Assembly (NCBI GenBank): GCA_028865725.1
Contig: JAGWJP010000002.1
Location: forward strand, 168,050-232,049
DNA: 64,000 bases
Source of the DNA: Patescibacteria group bacterium
Lineage (GTDB): Bacteria > Patescibacteriota > Minisyncoccia > UBA6257 > JACRHW01
Direction: 5' to 3'
In this document: positions 61,423 to 64,000 of the stretch, piece after piece
How the letters are laid out: every line of letters starts with the position of its first letter
Position numbering within the stretch: the stretch's first letter is position 1
The notes under the pieces: generated by a model
The model's input: only the letters and a program-made list of their open reading frames with translations
Databases searched by the model: none
What the model was told of the DNA's origin: nothing
Position numbers and translations under genes: made by a program

Positions 61423-61932
61423 TTATATTCTCTGAAAGGTAACAAATGAATAGGGGTACGGATTTTTTCCATCTGGCAAGTACGACTCGCGCAGAACCTC
61501 TTTCCATTGGCCTGAACCTTCAAACATAGGAAAAAAGGCATCGCCCTCAAACTCAGCATCAATACAGGTAAGGTGCAAGCGCCGTGCGGGCCACTCCCCT
61601 TCCAACGCAAGGAATTGTTCATAGAGTGAAGCGCCGCCGATAACCATAAGTTCTTTTACATTCTCGGCATATCCATGAAGGATCGCACCATCAATGGAAT
61701 GCGTCACGACACACGATGGAATCTCAATATCCTGATGCGTCACAATGACATTTTTTCGATTGGGAAGCGGCTTGCCGATCGAATCAAAGGTCTTCTTCCC
61801 CATCACCACCATCTTCCCTGCCGTAAGCGCACGAAAATGCTGCATGTCCGCCGGAAGCCTTCCCCACGGCAGGGCATTCTTATTGCCAATCACCCGATTT
61901 CTTCCCATTGCTGCAATCAGAGAAATGAACAT
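61423..61932 (-). CDS. folA: Dihydrofolate reductase
   Basis: VIGNKNALPW, VVMGKKT, PLPNRKN, VIGG, GDAFFP. Confidence 0.97.
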   Translation of the reverse strand: MFISLIAAMGRNRVIGNKNALPWGRLPADMQHFRALTAGKMVVMGKKTFDSIGKPLPNRKNVIVTHQDIEIPSCVVTHSIDGAILHGYAENVKELMVIGGASLYEQFLALEGEWPARRLHLTCIDAEFEGDAFFPMFEGSGQWKEVLRESYLPDGKNPYPYSFVTFQRI

Positions 61933-61946
61933 ATGACAGATACCTC

Positions 61947-62792
61947 CTATACCGCCATGGGAGCCGAAATCGCTCTATAGCTTTGATAATCTTCTAATTT
62001 AATATCATCCATAGTGAAAGAGTCAATATCATGCACATCAGGATTGAGCCAAAGTGTAGGAAGGGGGAGAGGTTCTCTCGTCAGTTGTTCGCGCACTTGA
62101 TCAAAATGATTGTGATAAATGTGGGCATCGCCTAGCGTATGAATAAATTCTCCTGCTTCAAGTCCTGTCACTTGCGCCACCATATGTAAGAGAAGAGCGT
62201 AGGAAGCAATATTAAACGGGACACCAAGAAACATATCACAACTGCGCTGATACATTTGGAGCGAGAGTTTCTTATCTGCATAAAAAAATTGAAACAGCAC
62301 ATGACACGGCGGAAGCGCCATCTCTTCCAGTTCAGCAGGATTCCATGCACTTACAATAAGACGACGATCATAAGGATTATGCTTGATGCCATCAATAACT
62401 CGGGCAATTTGATCGACGTTTGAACCATCAACGCCACGCCACGTTCTCCATTGTACGCCATACACACGCCCCATATCACCGTCAAAATGTGCTTTCGATT
62501 TCCAGTATTCTGCTTCCCTATTTTCAGTCCAGATCGTCCTTTTCGATTCATCCCGCGTACCATGAAGAATCTCCGCAAGTCTCCGTTCATCACCAGACCC
62601 TTCGAGAAACCAAAGCATTTCACTTACCACCGATTTCCATGCAAGCTTTTTCGTAGTCACCGCAGGAAATCCATCCCTCATATCATAACGCATCTGCATA
62701 CCAAACACGCCTCGCGTATCAATACCCGTCCTATTAGGACGATCGAGACCGTTGTCAAGAATATGTTGCAATACGCGAAGATATTGTTTCAT
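61947..62792 (-). CDS. thyA: Thymidylate synthase
   Basis: NRTG, VYGVQWR, LPPCH, YQRSCDMFLGVPFN, GDAHIY. Confidence 0.98.
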   Translation of the reverse strand: MKQYLRVLQHILDNGLDRPNRTGIDTRGVFGMQMRYDMRDGFPAVTTKKLAWKSVVSEMLWFLEGSGDERRLAEILHGTRDESKRTIWTENREAEYWKSKAHFDGDMGRVYGVQWRTWRGVDGSNVDQIARVIDGIKHNPYDRRLIVSAWNPAELEEMALPPCHVLFQFFYADKKLSLQMYQRSCDMFLGVPFNIASYALLLHMVAQVTGLEAGEFIHTLGDAHIYHNHFDQVREQLTREPLPLPTLWLNPDVHDIDSFTMDDIKLEDYQSYRAISAPMAV

Positions 62793-62979
62793 AGATTTTT
62801 GTTCCTCCTTCTTATTATATTGGAAACGAGCTGTGTTTAGAATATCACGGGCAAATCCCAAATGCTATCTTTTTTTCTTTTTTCAAAAAGCAACATAAGT
62901 AAAAAAACGGGTCAATTCTTTCTCAAAACAAAAAAAACGTGTAGGCTAAAGGAAATTGATTTCATTTATCTATTTCACC

Positions 62980-63645
62980 ATGACACTTGGCGATGCGGCA
63001 ATTACGGAAGCAATGAAAAAAGGGAACATCATAATTCATCCCTTCAAAGCGGAAAACTTAAAAACATCAAGCTACGATGTCTCACTGGGATCATATTATT
63101 TTCGCGAACAACGTCCGGATAATTATGTGCATCTCTATAACATCTACAACAAAGAACACGTTGATCGGGTATGGGGCACGCAATATTACACGGCAGAAAA
63201 GGCATCAAAGGTGCTCAAGCATTTTGATTTCAAAGGCATCACGCCCGCTGATAAGGTAATTCTTCTCGAACCCGGCGAAACGATTCTCGCCCATACCAAC
63301 GAATTTATCGGTGGACGTGGTACTATTACCACCATGATGAAAGCGCGTTCATCTTTGGGTAGAAATTTCATCGAAGTGTGCAAGTGCGCTGGCTGGGGCG
63401 ATGTCGGATATGTGAATCGCTGGACAATGGAAATCACCAACAATTCGCGCCATTACACCATTCCCCTCGTCGTGGGGCGCCGCGTTGCACAAATTATCTT
63501 TTTTGACGTACAAAAGATATCGGCACACGATTACGCATCCGATGGAAAATACCAGAGCATCACGGATATAAAAAAGTTAAAAACAAGCTGGAATCCGCAC
63601 ATGATGCTTCCTCGCCTCTATCTTGATAGAGAAGTGGCGTTATAA
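62980..63645 (+). CDS. dcd: dCTP deaminase
   Basis: SSYDVSLG, ARSSLGR, AGWGDVGY, TMEITN, VAQIIF. Confidence 0.9.
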   Translation: MTLGDAAITEAMKKGNIIIHPFKAENLKTSSYDVSLGSYYFREQRPDNYVHLYNIYNKEHVDRVWGTQYYTAEKASKVLKHFDFKGITPADKVILLEPGETILAHTNEFIGGRGTITTMMKARSSLGRNFIEVCKCAGWGDVGYVNRWTMEITNNSRHYTIPLVVGRRVAQIIFFDVQKISAHDYASDGKYQSITDIKKLKTSWNPHMMLPRLYLDREVAL

Positions 63646-63666
63646 TCCATCTCCATTTTCATTATT

Positions 63667-63828
63667 ATGCACCATGATATACCGCACGCAAAAGAGCTAA
63701 AAAAGTTACTTGACATTGTTCTTGGCGCATATCAGGACGAGAGTGATACTATACTTCATGAAATCGATACTCTACTCACGACCTATGAAGCACAACAAAA
63801 TGACAATAATAGCTCTCCCTCACTATGA
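63667..63828 (+). CDS. Small hypothetical protein
   Basis: 53-aa ORF MHHDIPHAKELKK...; ATGA-coupled to the next ORF. Confidence 0.4.
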   Translation: MHHDIPHAKELKKLLDIVLGAYQDESDTILHEIDTLLTTYEAQQNDNNSSPSL

Positions 63829-64000
63829 CTGAACGTTTCCCTTCTTTCTCGTCGCACACATTACCAGAACCTCTCTCACTCCGCGAGAAAGAGTATGTGA
63901 GCAAACTTATTACAGAGGAAATAGCACGTGTCGCCGATGCAACCTCAGAGCTTATGGCGCTGCAACAACAACGTTTAGAGGCACTCATAAAAAAAGACAC
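63825..64000 (+). CDS. Hypothetical protein, truncated by the window edge
   Basis: Open frame MTERFPSFSSH... continues to the edge. Confidence 0.5.
   Translation, partial: MTERFPSFSSHTLPEPLSLREKEYVSKLITEEIARVADATSELMALQQQRLEALIKKD

Overview
This 64 kb window looks like chromosome from a Patescibacteria/CPR (Parcubacteria-like) bacterium. The assignment is inferred from gene content, tandem TrbC/VirB2-like pilins, a stand-alone 16S rRNA with insertions, and many ORFans. Core genes are a class II ribonucleotide reductase (partial), ftsZ, ftsA, ybeY, rpsU, hisS, lepB, pth, cca, recG, rplS, murD, rpsA, gyrA, dprA, topA, rel, parB, tsaC, folA, thyA and dcd, plus six tRNAs. Four observations stand out. 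(1) The 16S 3' end has no anti-Shine-Dalgarno and core genes have no SD, yet about 20 scattered accessory genes carry strong AGGAG/GGAGG motifs at normal spacing, mostly as solo promoter-gene-terminator units. (2) That SD-led class includes a 20S-proteasome locus (prcB-prcA plus a second, catalytically degenerate beta subunit) with no Pup/UBact, ligase or ATPase gene in the window. (3) Two 16S insertions at different helices share a near-identical closing stem. (4) There are several tRNA-derived partial duplications and families of small palindromic elements. All calls come from reading motifs by eye; no database searches were run.
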